Notes: generated by a model not told the origin, from the sequence alone. DNA of 64,000 nucleotides from an uncultured Acidimicrobiaceae bacterium (GCA_963841155.1 CAWJBM010000002.1:247454-311453); one strand, 5' to 3'. Shown: positions 46,982 through 57,586, counted from the first letter of the stretch. A program made the numbers and translations.

Positions 46982-48202
46982 CTAGGCGTGCGCTGAGAAA
47001 TGCTCGATGATCATCCGAATGCCCGACCCATTACGGTTGGATCCTTCGCCCACCGCCCAGCAGTCCTTCGCTAACGGACAGGCCACGCCGCTGAGCATCT
47101 GAAAGCCATACAACGGACTGGGGCTTGTTTCCCTCAACCAACGGGACCCGTTCCACCCCTCGGTGAGCACCAGCGCCTCGTCCTCCCCCCAGCCGCGTGA
47201 GCCGACCGCCTGGCACGCGGTCAGAGCGGCACATGCGACCGCCTCGAGCTCGGGGTAATTGGCGGCGCCTCCCAGCGGGCTGCGGACGAAGGTGAACGAG
47301 TTCCCGTTCCAGCGCTCGACGAGGGGGCGGATCGGAATGATGCCGGAGCCTTTCGTCACGGTCTGGCCGACGGCCCAGCAACTCGTGGGAGTATTCCCCG
47401 GCCGACAGTCGACGCCCTCTAGAGAGCCGCCGCCCGGGAGCTCGCCGGCAACTGCGACGCGCGACCAGGCGTGGCCATTCCACCGCTCGGCCAGGACCTG
47501 GCCTGCACCATGCTTTGGCGTAGCGAAGCCAACCATCAGACAATCCTCTTCGGTCGCGCAGGCCACCCCCTTCACTTGGACGAACGACGCCGAAAGCGGT
47601 ACCGAACTGACGTAATGCCAGGCACCGCCGACGAGCCGGAACGCAATGGCGCTGCGGGAGTCGCTCGACGATCCGACCGCCCAGCACTCGCCGTCGGAGG
47701 ATTCACAGGTCACCGCGGACAGCTCCCCCTGCGGCGCCGGCGTGTCGACGACCGTCCAGCCAGTGTGAGCGCTGTAGTGCTCGAGGAGGTTCCCCGGATG
47801 CGAGCCGCTGCGCATGCCGACGGCCCAGCAGTTCGTGGCCGACAGGCAGCTGACTCCGGAGAGCTCGTCCAGCGTGCCCCGTTGAGCGGGGGCTGCAGGA
47901 ACCGGCGTCCAGTGATCGGTGACGTAGTGCTCGATGAGGGCAGGTCCGGAGTCCGACGAGGACGACTTGAAGCGATTGCCGACGGCCCAACAGTCGGTGG
48001 CGATTGGGCAGGTCACCGCGACGAGCGAAGTGATCGACGCGCTGGGCACGCTTGGCGTGCTGGCCGACCAGGCCGGCCCGGCCTCTGGGCGAACGGGACC
48101 GGCGACCGCCGGAGCCGACAACAAGAGTCCTCCGCCGAGAAGGCTGGCGGAGACGAGGGCAAGGGCACGAAAACACGACGTGATATGCATGCTGTCAAAC
48201 AT
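46982..48202 (-). CDS. Secreted protein with 7 tandem C..CWAVG repeats (beta-propeller-like)
   Basis: Signal peptide MFDSMHITSCFRALALVSASLLGGGLLLSAPAVA. Seven units of the form L.[AG]V.C.....C[WLQ][AM]VG....(L/I).E.W.G..W (ATDCWAVG, ATNCWAVG, DGECWAVG, EEDCLMVG, PTSCWAVG, LTACQAVG, AKDCWAVG). Confidence 0.7.
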   Translation of the reverse strand: MFDSMHITSCFRALALVSASLLGGGLLLSAPAVAGPVRPEAGPAWSASTPSVPSASITSLVAVTCPIATDCWAVGNRFKSSSSDSGPALIEHYVTDHWTPVPAAPAQRGTLDELSGVSCLSATNCWAVGMRSGSHPGNLLEHYSAHTGWTVVDTPAPQGELSAVTCESSDGECWAVGSSSDSRSAIAFRLVGGAWHYVSSVPLSASFVQVKGVACATEEDCLMVGFATPKHGAGQVLAERWNGHAWSRVAVAGELPGGGSLEGVDCRPGNTPTSCWAVGQTVTKGSGIIPIRPLVERWNGNSFTFVRSPLGGAANYPELEAVACAALTACQAVGSRGWGEDEALVLTEGWNGSRWLRETSPSPLYGFQMLSGVACPLAKDCWAVGEGSNRNGSGIRMIIEHFSAHA

Positions 48203-49200
48203 AGAGTTACGGCAGGAGTCCTCCAAGTGCCTCTTGTCGCGCGGTTCGGACGTGCCTGGCGCTTGATCGGGCACAAAGGCGGGTTGGGCTCAACAGACGG
48301 CCGCTTCACTAGGCTCCCCAACCTCACGTGGGTTTGCCCCACGGCGCCACGTCTCTGTCTTGTGACCCGCCTCCGAGCGCGCCGGCGACGGGCCATGGCA
48401 AGGGGCGCGCTTGAGCTTCTGCAGTCGGGTCAAAGAGGCTCAGGTCGACGCCGGAAGCCGCGCTGACTGCTCCGAACGGCTATTGCCTCTTTGTCCACCA
48501 GCGGGGTGTCTCGCGACGCTCTTTGCACGTCAGGCCGGCGACTGCTGTTCGCGTGTGCCCGCCGATGTGACAAAGCGGGCGGATCTTCCGGCGCCCCAGG
48601 CAGCGTCGTTCGACGAACAATTCGTCGTCACCTGATGACGGTGAGGGTCTCCCCGGCCGAGGTCGAGCTCCCGAGGTTCGTGCTTCCCCGTAGGCGGCGG
48701 CGCAGCAGCAGGCGCCCGCCCGTGAGCTTCCTGGCCGAGAGCGTGCACGGTCTCCCCTGCCCGACGAGAGCTTGACCTTGAACAGCGCTGTCGTGGACTG
48801 CCTCACCATCCGCGGCGCGTGCGCCGGAGTCTTAGCGCCGGAGTCGACGGTCGCTCAGGGTCCGGCGCCGAGTTGGCTCCTCGTCCAAGCCGAGTCGCGC
48901 AAGCCATCGAACATGGGGTCGCCTCCTGCTAGGTGCTAACCCCCTGCGCGGTCGCCGGTGAGGCGACGCCACGGAGTCAACCGACCTTCACGATCGGCAC
49001 TCGGTGCGAATCGACCCTCGTCACGATCGTCACTCCCTCCGCGCACTTCGCCTCGCTGGCAACCTCCGCGTGCCGGTGAAGATCCGGCCTGCAGCGGTCC
49101 CCGCACGGGGCTCGGCTAAGCGGCCGAAGGTCCTGGCCTGCGGCCGGATGGCTGCAGAGCGTTCTCCAGTGGCCGCGGGACAGGTCCGGCTCGATGAAGC

Positions 49201-49623
49201 TCAGACGCGCTTGTCGGTCGCCGAGTCGGTCAGACCGTCGAAGTACCGGTCGAGCACCTGCCCGAATGCTGGTTCGCCGGGCGCAGCCCGCAGGAACAAG
49301 GTCATTGACGAGCGCAACTTCTGCGCGTCGATGCCACCAAAGATCTGCTCCGCGGTCCCAGCCTGGGCCTCCAGAACGATGCCCGCGCATTCGATCAGCC
49401 GCGCGCCCAGCACGGGATGGCGAAGATACGCCTTCGCCTCCTCCAGCGACGAGATCGCGAATCTTCTCGACATCGGGCTTTGCCCGAGGCCGGCGATCTG
49501 CGGAAAGACGAACCACATCCAGTGGCCTGTCTTGTGGCCGCGTCGCAACGACTCGACGGCGTGGTCGTAGATGCCTTCGTTCTGCGCGGCAACGAAACGC
49601 TCGAGGTTGTACGGGTCGTCCAT
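49201..49623 (-). CDS. DUF1810 family protein
   Basis: MDDPYNLERFVAAQ...Y..A..EL..G.K.GHWMWFVFPQI.GLG.S..S..FAI.SLEEA.AYL.HP.LG.RL. Confidence 0.65.
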   Translation of the reverse strand: MDDPYNLERFVAAQNEGIYDHAVESLRRGHKTGHWMWFVFPQIAGLGQSPMSRRFAISSLEEAKAYLRHPVLGARLIECAGIVLEAQAGTAEQIFGGIDAQKLRSSMTLFLRAAPGEPAFGQVLDRYFDGLTDSATDKRV

Positions 49624-49638
49624 CGTCAGCTCCTGTTT

Positions 49639-49734
49639 CTAGGCGATCAGAGCGAGGACGTGGTCGCGCCCGATTGTCCTTGCAGCCAGGCGCTCCCCGT
49701 TGGCGCGCCGTGCGAGGGCGCCCTCGGCGATCAT
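49639..49734 (-). pseudogene. 31-codon N-terminal remnant of a second AbiEii-like toxin
   Basis: MIAEGALARRANGERLAARTIGRDHVLALIA* aligns with the start of 23806..24624 (VIAKGVITRRANEEQLSAQTIERDYILAHL). Confidence 0.45.
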
Positions 49735-49936
49735 GAAGCGACCAACCCGATGAGCGGCTCGCAGCACGTGCCGGTCGGCGCGGCGGCTCCTGAGGACCCG
49801 GGCACACGACTCCGATCCCCGAGCTCGGAGCCGCTCGAAGCCCTCACGTCGATTTCGGGCTGAAGTTCCCCTCGGCGTCTCAGCAGAGTCCGGCCACAAC
49901 CTGGTCTTTCGCGTCGGCGAAAGGCCGAAGTACTGA

Positions 49937-51685
49937 CTACGCGTAGCCGAGGCGATGCGGGACACCGAGCAGCTCGAAGGCTCGGCGCTGGATAGGGGTC
50001 GGTGTGGTGATCACCGTGAAGACGGGCAGATCGGTCTTGAGCGGCTGGACTCTGTTGGCGGCGATCGTGGCCAGGTCCTCGAGCAAGGTGGCGAAGCAGT
50101 GGACCGGCTCGTTGTGCACGGTGCGCTTGGTGCGGACCTTTCTCACTGCTCTCTCCGGGCGCAACGCGGGGGCGAGCGGGCTCGTGCGTTGCGCCTCGGC
50201 GCCCTGGTGGTGGTCGTCCTTGAGGAGCATCGGTGCGAGTCGGCGCTCCATGTGCCAGGTGATGTAGTAGGAGAGCATGCGCAGGAACACGTGAGCGCGG
50301 ATGCGCTCTTCGCTCCGGTGGCGGATCGGGCGGATGTCGAGGTCGGTGTCGAACCCCCGGAAGACCCGCTCGACTTTCTCCAGGGCCTTGTAGGAGGAAA
50401 CCACCTCATCTTTGCCGAACGCTTCTTCGCCAAGGCTCGTGCGCAGCACGTAGACCCCGTCGAGAGCGGCCTCGGCGGCGATCTTCGCCTCGTCGCGGTT
50501 GAACGAGAAGACGTCGTCATCGATCTCGAGAACGAAGTGCTTGCCCATCTTGTGGTGGTTAATGACTTTGCCGACCCGCAGTGCGATCTTGTCCTTGCCC
50601 CGTAACGGCCGGCTCTGGCGTCGCACGGCTGCGGCGATGGTGGCCAGCTCGGCCTCGGTAGAAGTAAGCAGCGACTCTCGCTTCCTGGCCCGCTGTTCAG
50701 CGAGCAGCGGGTTCTTGCTGGCGACGAGGCGTTCTCCCGGGTAGTCGGCGTGCGCGATCTCGAAAAGGTCGGAGGTGTCGAACAAGGAGAGCTGGATGGC
50801 ACCAGATTCGACCAGGGCCTTGATCTGCGGTGGGCGCAGTGCGGCGATGAACTCGAGCTGTGCGGGGATGACGCCGTCTTGGTGGCGGGCCTTGGTCAGC
50901 ATCCCCCGGTCGCCCACCAGGGCGACACGCGAGAGGGAGAAGCGCTCTCTCAGCTTTTGCACCTGGGAGGCGACCGTGGCGGAGTCGCCGGTGTTGGCCT
51001 TGAAGACCTCGACGGCCACGGGGATGCCCTCTTTGGTGGCCAGCAAGCCGTAGACGATCTGGAGCCGGCCGCGCGCACCGTCTTTCGCATGGCCGAGCGC
51101 ACCGAGCAGCCAGGTCCTGCCCTCAAAGGCGGCCGAGGAGACATCATGGAGCAGGAGCGTGCCGTCTTTGAGGTGCCGGGCGGCCAGGGCGTCCTCGATC
51201 GCCGCCTGACGAGGTCCCAGCCAGTCCATGGCCGCGTAGAGGTCGTCCTCGTCGACGCCGGTCAGAGAGAGCACCTCGCCGAGCGAGCTCGAGACCGTCT
51301 CGGCCCGCAGCCCGCGCGCCAAGGCGAACTCCGAGGGCGCCTCGATCACCTGGGCCACGACCATCGCGACCACCAGGTCACGCGAGCGTGAGGGGACATG
51401 GTCGATGAGCTCTTCGAGGCCCAGGTTCTTCAGCGTCCCCAGCACCGCGGCGACCTGACCGTGGGGAAGGCTGCGGATGACGTCGAAGCTCCCCGGGAGG
51501 CTGGCTGTGATCGCACGCCCCTTGAGCACGGCTGCGAGCGCGTCGACCTTCTCCTCGGGCCAGCGCGAGAGGTTGGCCAGCGTCCGGTTCTTGACCTTGC
51601 CCCCCTCGCGGTAGCTTTCCCGCAGCAGGATCGCCGGTGGTGAACCCCGGTTAGGCACCTTGGCGATGTACATGTCGACCATCAT
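49937..51685 (-). CDS. IS1634-family transposase (full length); IS ends not resolved
   Basis: 582 aa. MYIAKVPNRGSPPAILLRESYREGGKVKNRTLANLSRWP..., ..ALVGDRGMLT.., C-terminal ..YKALEKVERVFRGFDTDLDIRPIRH... An AT-richer 5' UTR lies at 51686-51760. Confidence 0.85.
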   Translation of the reverse strand: MMVDMYIAKVPNRGSPPAILLRESYREGGKVKNRTLANLSRWPEEKVDALAAVLKGRAITASLPGSFDVIRSLPHGQVAAVLGTLKNLGLEELIDHVPSRSRDLVVAMVVAQVIEAPSEFALARGLRAETVSSSLGEVLSLTGVDEDDLYAAMDWLGPRQAAIEDALAARHLKDGTLLLHDVSSAAFEGRTWLLGALGHAKDGARGRLQIVYGLLATKEGIPVAVEVFKANTGDSATVASQVQKLRERFSLSRVALVGDRGMLTKARHQDGVIPAQLEFIAALRPPQIKALVESGAIQLSLFDTSDLFEIAHADYPGERLVASKNPLLAEQRARKRESLLTSTEAELATIAAAVRRQSRPLRGKDKIALRVGKVINHHKMGKHFVLEIDDDVFSFNRDEAKIAAEAALDGVYVLRTSLGEEAFGKDEVVSSYKALEKVERVFRGFDTDLDIRPIRHRSEERIRAHVFLRMLSYYITWHMERRLAPMLLKDDHHQGAEAQRTSPLAPALRPERAVRKVRTKRTVHNEPVHCFATLLEDLATIAANRVQPLKTDLPVFTVITTPTPIQRRAFELLGVPHRLGYA

Positions 51686-51881
51686 GCTGTATCTCTGTAG
51701 TCCATATCAAGTAGTACAAGAGTTCTCCTGACATCGGCTCATCTTTCACATGACTACGCTGCTGCCGCCTTGAGGGCGCAGAGTCCCTGCTAATGATCGT
51801 GCGATAGTGTCTGAGCCGAGGCGATCAGAGGGGACTGCGGGCTAGAAAGGGGGCGGTAGTCCTACAAGCCAGGGAGGCAGC

Positions 51882-54800
51882 GTGGACGTCAGCCAGTGGG
51901 TTTGTGTCGATGGCAACGAGGCCGCTGCCCGTGTCGCCTACGCCCTTTCGGAAGTGATCGCGATCTACCCCATCACACCGGCGTCGCCGATGGCCGAGTA
52001 CGCCGACGACTGGGCAACGGCGGGCAAAGAGAACCTCTGGGGCCAAGTGCCTGACGTGATCGAGATGCAGTCGGAAGCCGGCGCGGCGGGCACCCTCCAC
52101 GGTGCCCTGCAAAAGGGAGCCTTGGCCACGACGTTCACCGCGTCACAAGGCCTGCTCTTGATGGTGCCCAACATGTTCAAGATCGCCGGAGAGCTGACTC
52201 CTGCGGTGGTCCACGTCGCTGCCCGCACCGTCGCGACTCATGCCCTGTCGATCTTCGGAGACCACTCCGATGTGATGCATGCCCGGACGACGGGTTGGGC
52301 CATGCTGGCAGCCAGCTCGGTCCAGGAGGCCCACGACTTCGCACTGGTCGCCCACGCTGCCACCTTGCGGGCGCGCGTGCCGTTCCTCCACTTCTTCGAC
52401 GGATTCCGGACCTCCCATGAGCTGGCGAAGATCGCCCTGCTCTCGACCGAGGACATAGCCGCGCTCATCGACACCGACGCCCTGATCGAGTTCCGCCTCC
52501 GGGGAATGAACCCCGACACGCCCGACGTGCGGGGCACTGCACAGAACCCGGACGTGTTCTTCCAAGCTCGCGAGGCATGCAATCCCTATCACCTCGCCGT
52601 GCCTGGGATCGTGCAGGAAACGATGGACTCTCTCGGCGAGAGAACCGGACGCTCGTACCGCCTTGTCGAGTATCACGGCGCTCCCGACGCCGAACGGGTC
52701 ATCGTGCTCATGGGATCGGGCGTCGGCGCGGCGCGCGAGGCGGTCGACGCTCTCGTCGAGGATGGGGAGCGGGCAGGGATGGTGACCATTCGCCTCTACA
52801 GACCCTTCCCGGCTGAGCAGTTCGTATCCGCCCTTCCGCCGAGCGTGCGCTCGGTCGCCGTGCTCGACCGGACCAAGGAGCCCGGTGCCGTCGGTGAACC
52901 TCTTTACCTCGACGTTCGCGCCGCGGTGGACGAAGCAATGGACAGCCCTCGGCCAGCCTTCAGCCAAGCGCCGCGGGTCATCGGAGGCCGATACGGCCTG
53001 TCTTCCAAGGAATTCACGCCGGCCATGGCCAAGGCCGCTCTCGACGAGCTGACGAGCGATTGGCCCAGGCGCCACTTCACAGTCGGCATCTTCGACGACG
53101 TGACCTCACTGAGCCTTCCCTGGGACCGGGATTTCCGCCCGGCCAGGCCCGCCAACGAGGTCCAGGCCGTCTTCTTCGGACTGGGATCGGACGGTACCGT
53201 CGGCGCCAACAAGAACAGCGCCAAGATCATCGTCGACGCCACCGACGACTTCGTGCAGGGCTACTTCGTGTACGACTCGAAGAAGTCGGGCGCCATGACC
53301 GCTTCGCACCTGCGATTCGGGCCGGAGCCCATCAACTCGACCTATCTCATAACCCACGCCGACTTCGTCGCCTGCCATCAATTCGGCCTTCTCAGCCGAG
53401 TGGACATCCTCGACGTCGCCAGAGACGGAGCGACCTTCCTGCTCAACAGCCCTTACGGACCCCTCGAGGTGTGGGACCAGCTACCGGGCAAGGTGCAGCG
53501 CCAGCTGCAGGACAAGCACATTCAGTTCTGGGTGGTCGACGCAAACAAGGTCGCGGCCGAGGCCCAGCTCGGCAGCCGGATCAACACGGTGATGCAGCCT
53601 TGTTTCTTCGCTCTTTCGGGGATATTGACGGCCGAAAAGGCGGTGGAGGAGATCAAGGCCTCGATCACCAAGGCCTACGGCAAGCGGGGTCGCACCATCG
53701 TGGACCGCAACTTCGCCGCCGTCGACGCGGCGCTGGCCGGCCTGGCTCAGGTGGAGATACCCGAAGAGACTGCCGCCTCCGGATCGATCGGCATCACTAT
53801 CCCCGAGTCCGCCCCGGACTTCGTCCGGCATGTCACCTCGATGCTCATGGACGGCCAGGGCGACCTCTTGCCCGTGTCGGCGCTTCCGGCGGACGGCCGC
53901 TTTCCCTCAGGGACGACTCGCTACGAGAAGCGGGCCATCGCAGTGGACATGCCGATATGGGACCCGGACGTTTGCATCGACTGCGGCAAGTGCACGATCG
54001 TCTGCCCCCACGCAGTCATCCGCATGAAGGTGTTCGCTCCAGAAGCGCTCGCCGGGGCTCCCGACGGGTTCTTGTCCAAGCCTTTCCGTTCCAAGGATCT
54101 GGCCGGTCACCACATGGTCATCCAGGTGGCTCCTGACGACTGCACCGGTTGCGGCGTATGTGTCGACGTGTGCCCGGCGAAGTCCAAGACGGAGGCCAGG
54201 CACAAGTCCATCAACATGGAACCTGCGATCGCTCACCGCGACCGGCTGCGGACTCACTGGGACTTCTTCCTGTCCATCCCGGAGCTGGACCGCTCCCTGC
54301 TGCCCCACGACTCGGTGAAGGGTTCCCAAGCTCTTCAGCCACTGTTCGAATTCTCCGGTGCGTGTGACGGTTGCGGGGAGACCCCGTACTTGAAGCTGGC
54401 CAGCCAGTTGTTCGGGGACCGCATGCTTGTGGCCAATGCCACGGGCTGCTCGTCGATCTACGGCGGCAACCTGCCGACGACGCCGTGGGCCATGAACCCC
54501 GAAGGGCGCGGGCCGGCTTGGGCCAACTCACTGTTCGAGGACAACGCCGAGTTCGGCCTCGGCATCCGGCTCGGTCTCGAGGCCCAGCAACGCAGGGCTC
54601 AAGCCCTGCTCCGCTCCCTCGCCGGGGCGGTGGGTGAGGATCTGGCCACCTCGATCCTGGATGCCGTCCAGGACCAGGAGGAGGCTGTGTTCGCGCAACG
54701 GGAACGTGTCGCCCGGCTGAACGAGGAGCTGCGCCGCCTGGCCGCTTCCGGCGACGACGCTGTTGGCCCACCCGCCCGCCACTTGCTCACATTGACCAGT

Positions 54801-55535
54801 GCCTTGGTCCGTAAGAGCGTGTGGATCGTCGGTGGTGACGGCTGGGCCTATGACATCGGCTTCGGCGGGCTCGACCATGTCCTGTCCTCGGGCCGCGATG
54901 TCAACATCCTCGTGCTCGACACCGAGGTCTACTCGAACACCGGCGGCCAGGCGTCAAAGGCCACTCAACGCGGGGCAATTGCCAAGTTCGCGGCGGCAGG
55001 AAAAGAGTCGCCCAAGAAGGACCTCGGTGCGGTGGCGCGCTCGTACGGCAACGTGTACGTCGCCCAGATCTCCATGGGGGCCAACGACCTGCAAGCAACC
55101 AAGGCACTGCTCGAGGCCGACGCCTACCCCGGCCCCTCGCTGGTGATCGCCTATTCGACTTGCATTGCCCACGGCATCGACATGACCAAGTCGATGACGC
55201 ACCAAAAGGACGCCGTCCGGTCGGGCTACTGGCCCTTGTACCGGTTCCATCCACCGCTGGCGGAGCCAGGTCAGCCCTTCCAGCTCGACTCCAAGGCGCC
55301 GTCGATCCCGCTGGCCGACTTCGCCGCCACCGAGGCCCGCTATGCCATGCTGGCCCGGACCTACCCGCAGCAGGCGGCTCGCCTGGCACCGCTGGCACAG
55401 GCCGACGTGGCCGAGCGGTGGCGGTACTACGAGCAGCTGGCCGAAGTGCAGCGCACCGTTCCCCAGGCCGCGTCCGACGTCGAACCCGATGTCGACTCCG
55501 ATGCCGGATACCGCTACGACGAGGAGGTCGACTAA
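51882..55535 (+). CDS. por: Pyruvate:ferredoxin (flavodoxin) oxidoreductase, single-polypeptide NifJ/YdbK type
   Basis: 1217 aa. DGNEAAARVAYALSEVIAIYPITPASPMAE.., two ferredoxin motifs (CIDCGKCTIVCP, CTGCGVCVDVCP), TPP domain GGDGWAYDIGFGGLDH. GTG start 6 nt after GGGAGG. Confidence 0.95.
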   Translation: MDVSQWVCVDGNEAAARVAYALSEVIAIYPITPASPMAEYADDWATAGKENLWGQVPDVIEMQSEAGAAGTLHGALQKGALATTFTASQGLLLMVPNMFKIAGELTPAVVHVAARTVATHALSIFGDHSDVMHARTTGWAMLAASSVQEAHDFALVAHAATLRARVPFLHFFDGFRTSHELAKIALLSTEDIAALIDTDALIEFRLRGMNPDTPDVRGTAQNPDVFFQAREACNPYHLAVPGIVQETMDSLGERTGRSYRLVEYHGAPDAERVIVLMGSGVGAAREAVDALVEDGERAGMVTIRLYRPFPAEQFVSALPPSVRSVAVLDRTKEPGAVGEPLYLDVRAAVDEAMDSPRPAFSQAPRVIGGRYGLSSKEFTPAMAKAALDELTSDWPRRHFTVGIFDDVTSLSLPWDRDFRPARPANEVQAVFFGLGSDGTVGANKNSAKIIVDATDDFVQGYFVYDSKKSGAMTASHLRFGPEPINSTYLITHADFVACHQFGLLSRVDILDVARDGATFLLNSPYGPLEVWDQLPGKVQRQLQDKHIQFWVVDANKVAAEAQLGSRINTVMQPCFFALSGILTAEKAVEEIKASITKAYGKRGRTIVDRNFAAVDAALAGLAQVEIPEETAASGSIGITIPESAPDFVRHVTSMLMDGQGDLLPVSALPADGRFPSGTTRYEKRAIAVDMPIWDPDVCIDCGKCTIVCPHAVIRMKVFAPEALAGAPDGFLSKPFRSKDLAGHHMVIQVAPDDCTGCGVCVDVCPAKSKTEARHKSINMEPAIAHRDRLRTHWDFFLSIPELDRSLLPHDSVKGSQALQPLFEFSGACDGCGETPYLKLASQLFGDRMLVANATGCSSIYGGNLPTTPWAMNPEGRGPAWANSLFEDNAEFGLGIRLGLEAQQRRAQALLRSLAGAVGEDLATSILDAVQDQEEAVFAQRERVARLNEELRRLAASGDDAVGPPARHLLTLTSALVRKSVWIVGGDGWAYDIGFGGLDHVLSSGRDVNILVLDTEVYSNTGGQASKATQRGAIAKFAAAGKESPKKDLGAVARSYGNVYVAQISMGANDLQATKALLEADAYPGPSLVIAYSTCIAHGIDMTKSMTHQKDAVRSGYWPLYRFHPPLAEPGQPFQLDSKAPSIPLADFAATEARYAMLARTYPQQAARLAPLAQADVAERWRYYEQLAEVQRTVPQAASDVEPDVDSDAGYRYDEEVD

Positions 55536-56581
55536 TGACCGGGCCGGACGCAGTAGACCTGAGGACGACCTACCTGGGCCTCCAGTTGTCGTCGCCGATC
55601 GTCGCCTCGGCAGGACCGCTCACACGAGACCTCGGCGGAGCCAAAGCGCTCGCCGACGCCGGGGTGGGCGCCCTTGTCCTGCCGTCACTTTTCGAGGAGG
55701 AGATCGTCACCGAGGAGGTAGGGCTGTCATTCGCCCTCGAAGCCGGGAGCGAGCATTTCGCCGAGGCACTCGACTACTTTCCCGCCGTCACCAACTTCAC
55801 CAGCACCGCAGACCTGTACCTGAAACTGCTTGAACAGACCAAGAAGGCCGTCGAGGTTCCAGTAGTCGCCAGTCTGAACGCCTCGTCCACTGGTGGCTGG
55901 GTCCGCTATGCCAACCTTCTCACCGACGCCGGCGCCGATGCCCTCGAGTTGAATGTTTACCGGGTCCCCACCGATCCGCACCTGACTGCGGCACAGGTGG
56001 AGGAGACGGACTTGGCGCTGGTGACAAACGTGTGCGCCAGCGTGTCACTGCCGGTGGCCGTGAAGTTGTCCCCGTACTACTCGGCTATGGCCGGCTTCGC
56101 GGCCAAGGTGGTGGCGGCGGGCGCCGCCGGACTGGTCCTGTTCAATCGCTTCTACCAGCCCGACCTGGACCTGGACACGATGGACGTGGTATCGAAGGTG
56201 GAATTGTCCCGGACCTGGGAGCTGCGCCTGCCGTTGCGCTGGATCGCCATCTTGCGCCCCCAGCTGGGACCGGGCACGTCACTGGCCGCGACGTCGGGGA
56301 TCCACACCGGATCTGACGTCGTCAAGGTTCTCGCAGTGGGCTCCGACGTAGCCATGATGACCTCGGCTCTGCTTCGGTTGGGCCCAACCCACGTCAACTT
56401 CGTCGAGTCCGAGTTGCGCTCCTGGCTGGCCGAGCACGACTACACCTCAGTGGCCGAGCTGCGTGGCTCGGTGTCCCAAGCGACCTCGATCGACGCGAGC
56501 GCGTTCGAACGGGCCAACTATCTCAAGACCATGCACTCTTGGACGACAGTCGACCAACATCTTGTCCCTGGACGCGATTGA
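55535..56581 (+). CDS. Dihydroorotate dehydrogenase-like protein (PFOR-associated)
   Basis: 348 aa. TTYLGLQLSSPIVASAGPLT...LVLPSLFEEE...ELNVY... is the class-1 DHOD fold pattern. Its ATG overlaps the PFOR stop (TAATG). Confidence 0.75.
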   Translation: MTGPDAVDLRTTYLGLQLSSPIVASAGPLTRDLGGAKALADAGVGALVLPSLFEEEIVTEEVGLSFALEAGSEHFAEALDYFPAVTNFTSTADLYLKLLEQTKKAVEVPVVASLNASSTGGWVRYANLLTDAGADALELNVYRVPTDPHLTAAQVEETDLALVTNVCASVSLPVAVKLSPYYSAMAGFAAKVVAAGAAGLVLFNRFYQPDLDLDTMDVVSKVELSRTWELRLPLRWIAILRPQLGPGTSLAATSGIHTGSDVVKVLAVGSDVAMMTSALLRLGPTHVNFVESELRSWLAEHDYTSVAELRGSVSQATSIDASAFERANYLKTMHSWTTVDQHLVPGRD

Positions 56582-56608
56582 CAGCCAGATGCACGCGGGA
56601 GACCCGCC

Positions 56609-57586
56609 GTGAGCTCTACGACGACGCAAAGTTCAGGAGGCCTCGGCAACCTGGTCGTCCGGCCTCTGGTCGAACGTGACCTCGACCGGGCCGACCGGAT
56701 CTTTCGCACTGCGTTCGGCACCTTCTTGGGAGCGCCTGAGCCGGAGAAGTTCTTCGGCGACGTCGACCTCGTGCGAACACGCTGGCGGGCCGATCCGGCG
56801 GCGGCTTTCGGAGCCGAGCTGGACGGCACGCTGGTCGGCTCGAACTTCCTCACGAACTGGGGCAGTGTCGGGTTTTTCGGACCCTTGACCGTGCGGCCCG
56901 AGTACTGGGACCGCGGCATAGCCCGGCGCCTCCTGGGCCCGACGATGGACCTGTTCGCCTCCTGGAAGACCCGGCACGTAGGGCTGCTGACCTTTGCCGA
57001 GAGCCCGAAGCACGTCGGCCTGTACCAAAGCTTCGGGTTCTGGCCCAGATACCTGATCGCCGCGATGTCAGCGCCGGTGGTTCCGCCGGAACGGGCAGTC
57101 TCGTACACCAGGTTCTCAGAAGCCGCCTCGCACGACCGCAGCGGCGCGACCAACGATGTTCGTGAGCTCACGTCCTCGGTCTTCGACGGCCTCGACGTCA
57201 CCCGGGAGGTCGACGCGGTTCTCGACCAGAAGCTCGGCGAGACCGTGCTGATCTACGAAGCCTCGGGTCTGCAAGCAATGGCGGTATGTCACATCGGTCC
57301 CGGGACCGAGGCCGGGAGCGGCATGTGCTACGTGAAGTTCGGAGCGGCAAAGCCCGGCCGCAAGGCGGCCGGTTCGTTCGGCCGGCTGATCGACGCGTGC
57401 CAGGACCTCGCCGCGACCGCGGGTGCCTCGGTCATCTCGGCCGGTGTGAACCTCGGGCGTGAGCATGCCTACGCCGCGCTCCGGCAAAGAGGGTTTCGAC
57501 ACACATACCAGGGCGTCTCGATGCATCGCCCGAACCAGCCCGCCTACGACAGGCCCAACTGCTACGTCATTGACGATTGGCGATGA
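56609..57586 (+). CDS. GNAT-family N-acetyltransferase
   Basis: ..VRPLVERDLDRADRIF...GTLVGSNFLTNWGSVGFFGPLTVRPEYWDRGIARRLL.. is acetyl-CoA-binding motif A. Confidence 0.7.
   Translation: MSSTTTQSSGGLGNLVVRPLVERDLDRADRIFRTAFGTFLGAPEPEKFFGDVDLVRTRWRADPAAAFGAELDGTLVGSNFLTNWGSVGFFGPLTVRPEYWDRGIARRLLGPTMDLFASWKTRHVGLLTFAESPKHVGLYQSFGFWPRYLIAAMSAPVVPPERAVSYTRFSEAASHDRSGATNDVRELTSSVFDGLDVTREVDAVLDQKLGETVLIYEASGLQAMAVCHIGPGTEAGSGMCYVKFGAAKPGRKAAGSFGRLIDACQDLAATAGASVISAGVNLGREHAYAALRQRGFRHTYQGVSMHRPNQPAYDRPNCYVIDDWR

Noticed and set aside
49934-51825. Direct repeats around the IS1634 as possible target duplications: TGACTACGC (49934-49942 and 51751-51759) and AGCCGAGGCGAT (49945-49956 and 51814-51825).
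   Set aside because: The left copies lie inside the transposase 3' coding end or stop codon. The implied termini show no inverted repeats. The true IS ends are therefore unresolved.
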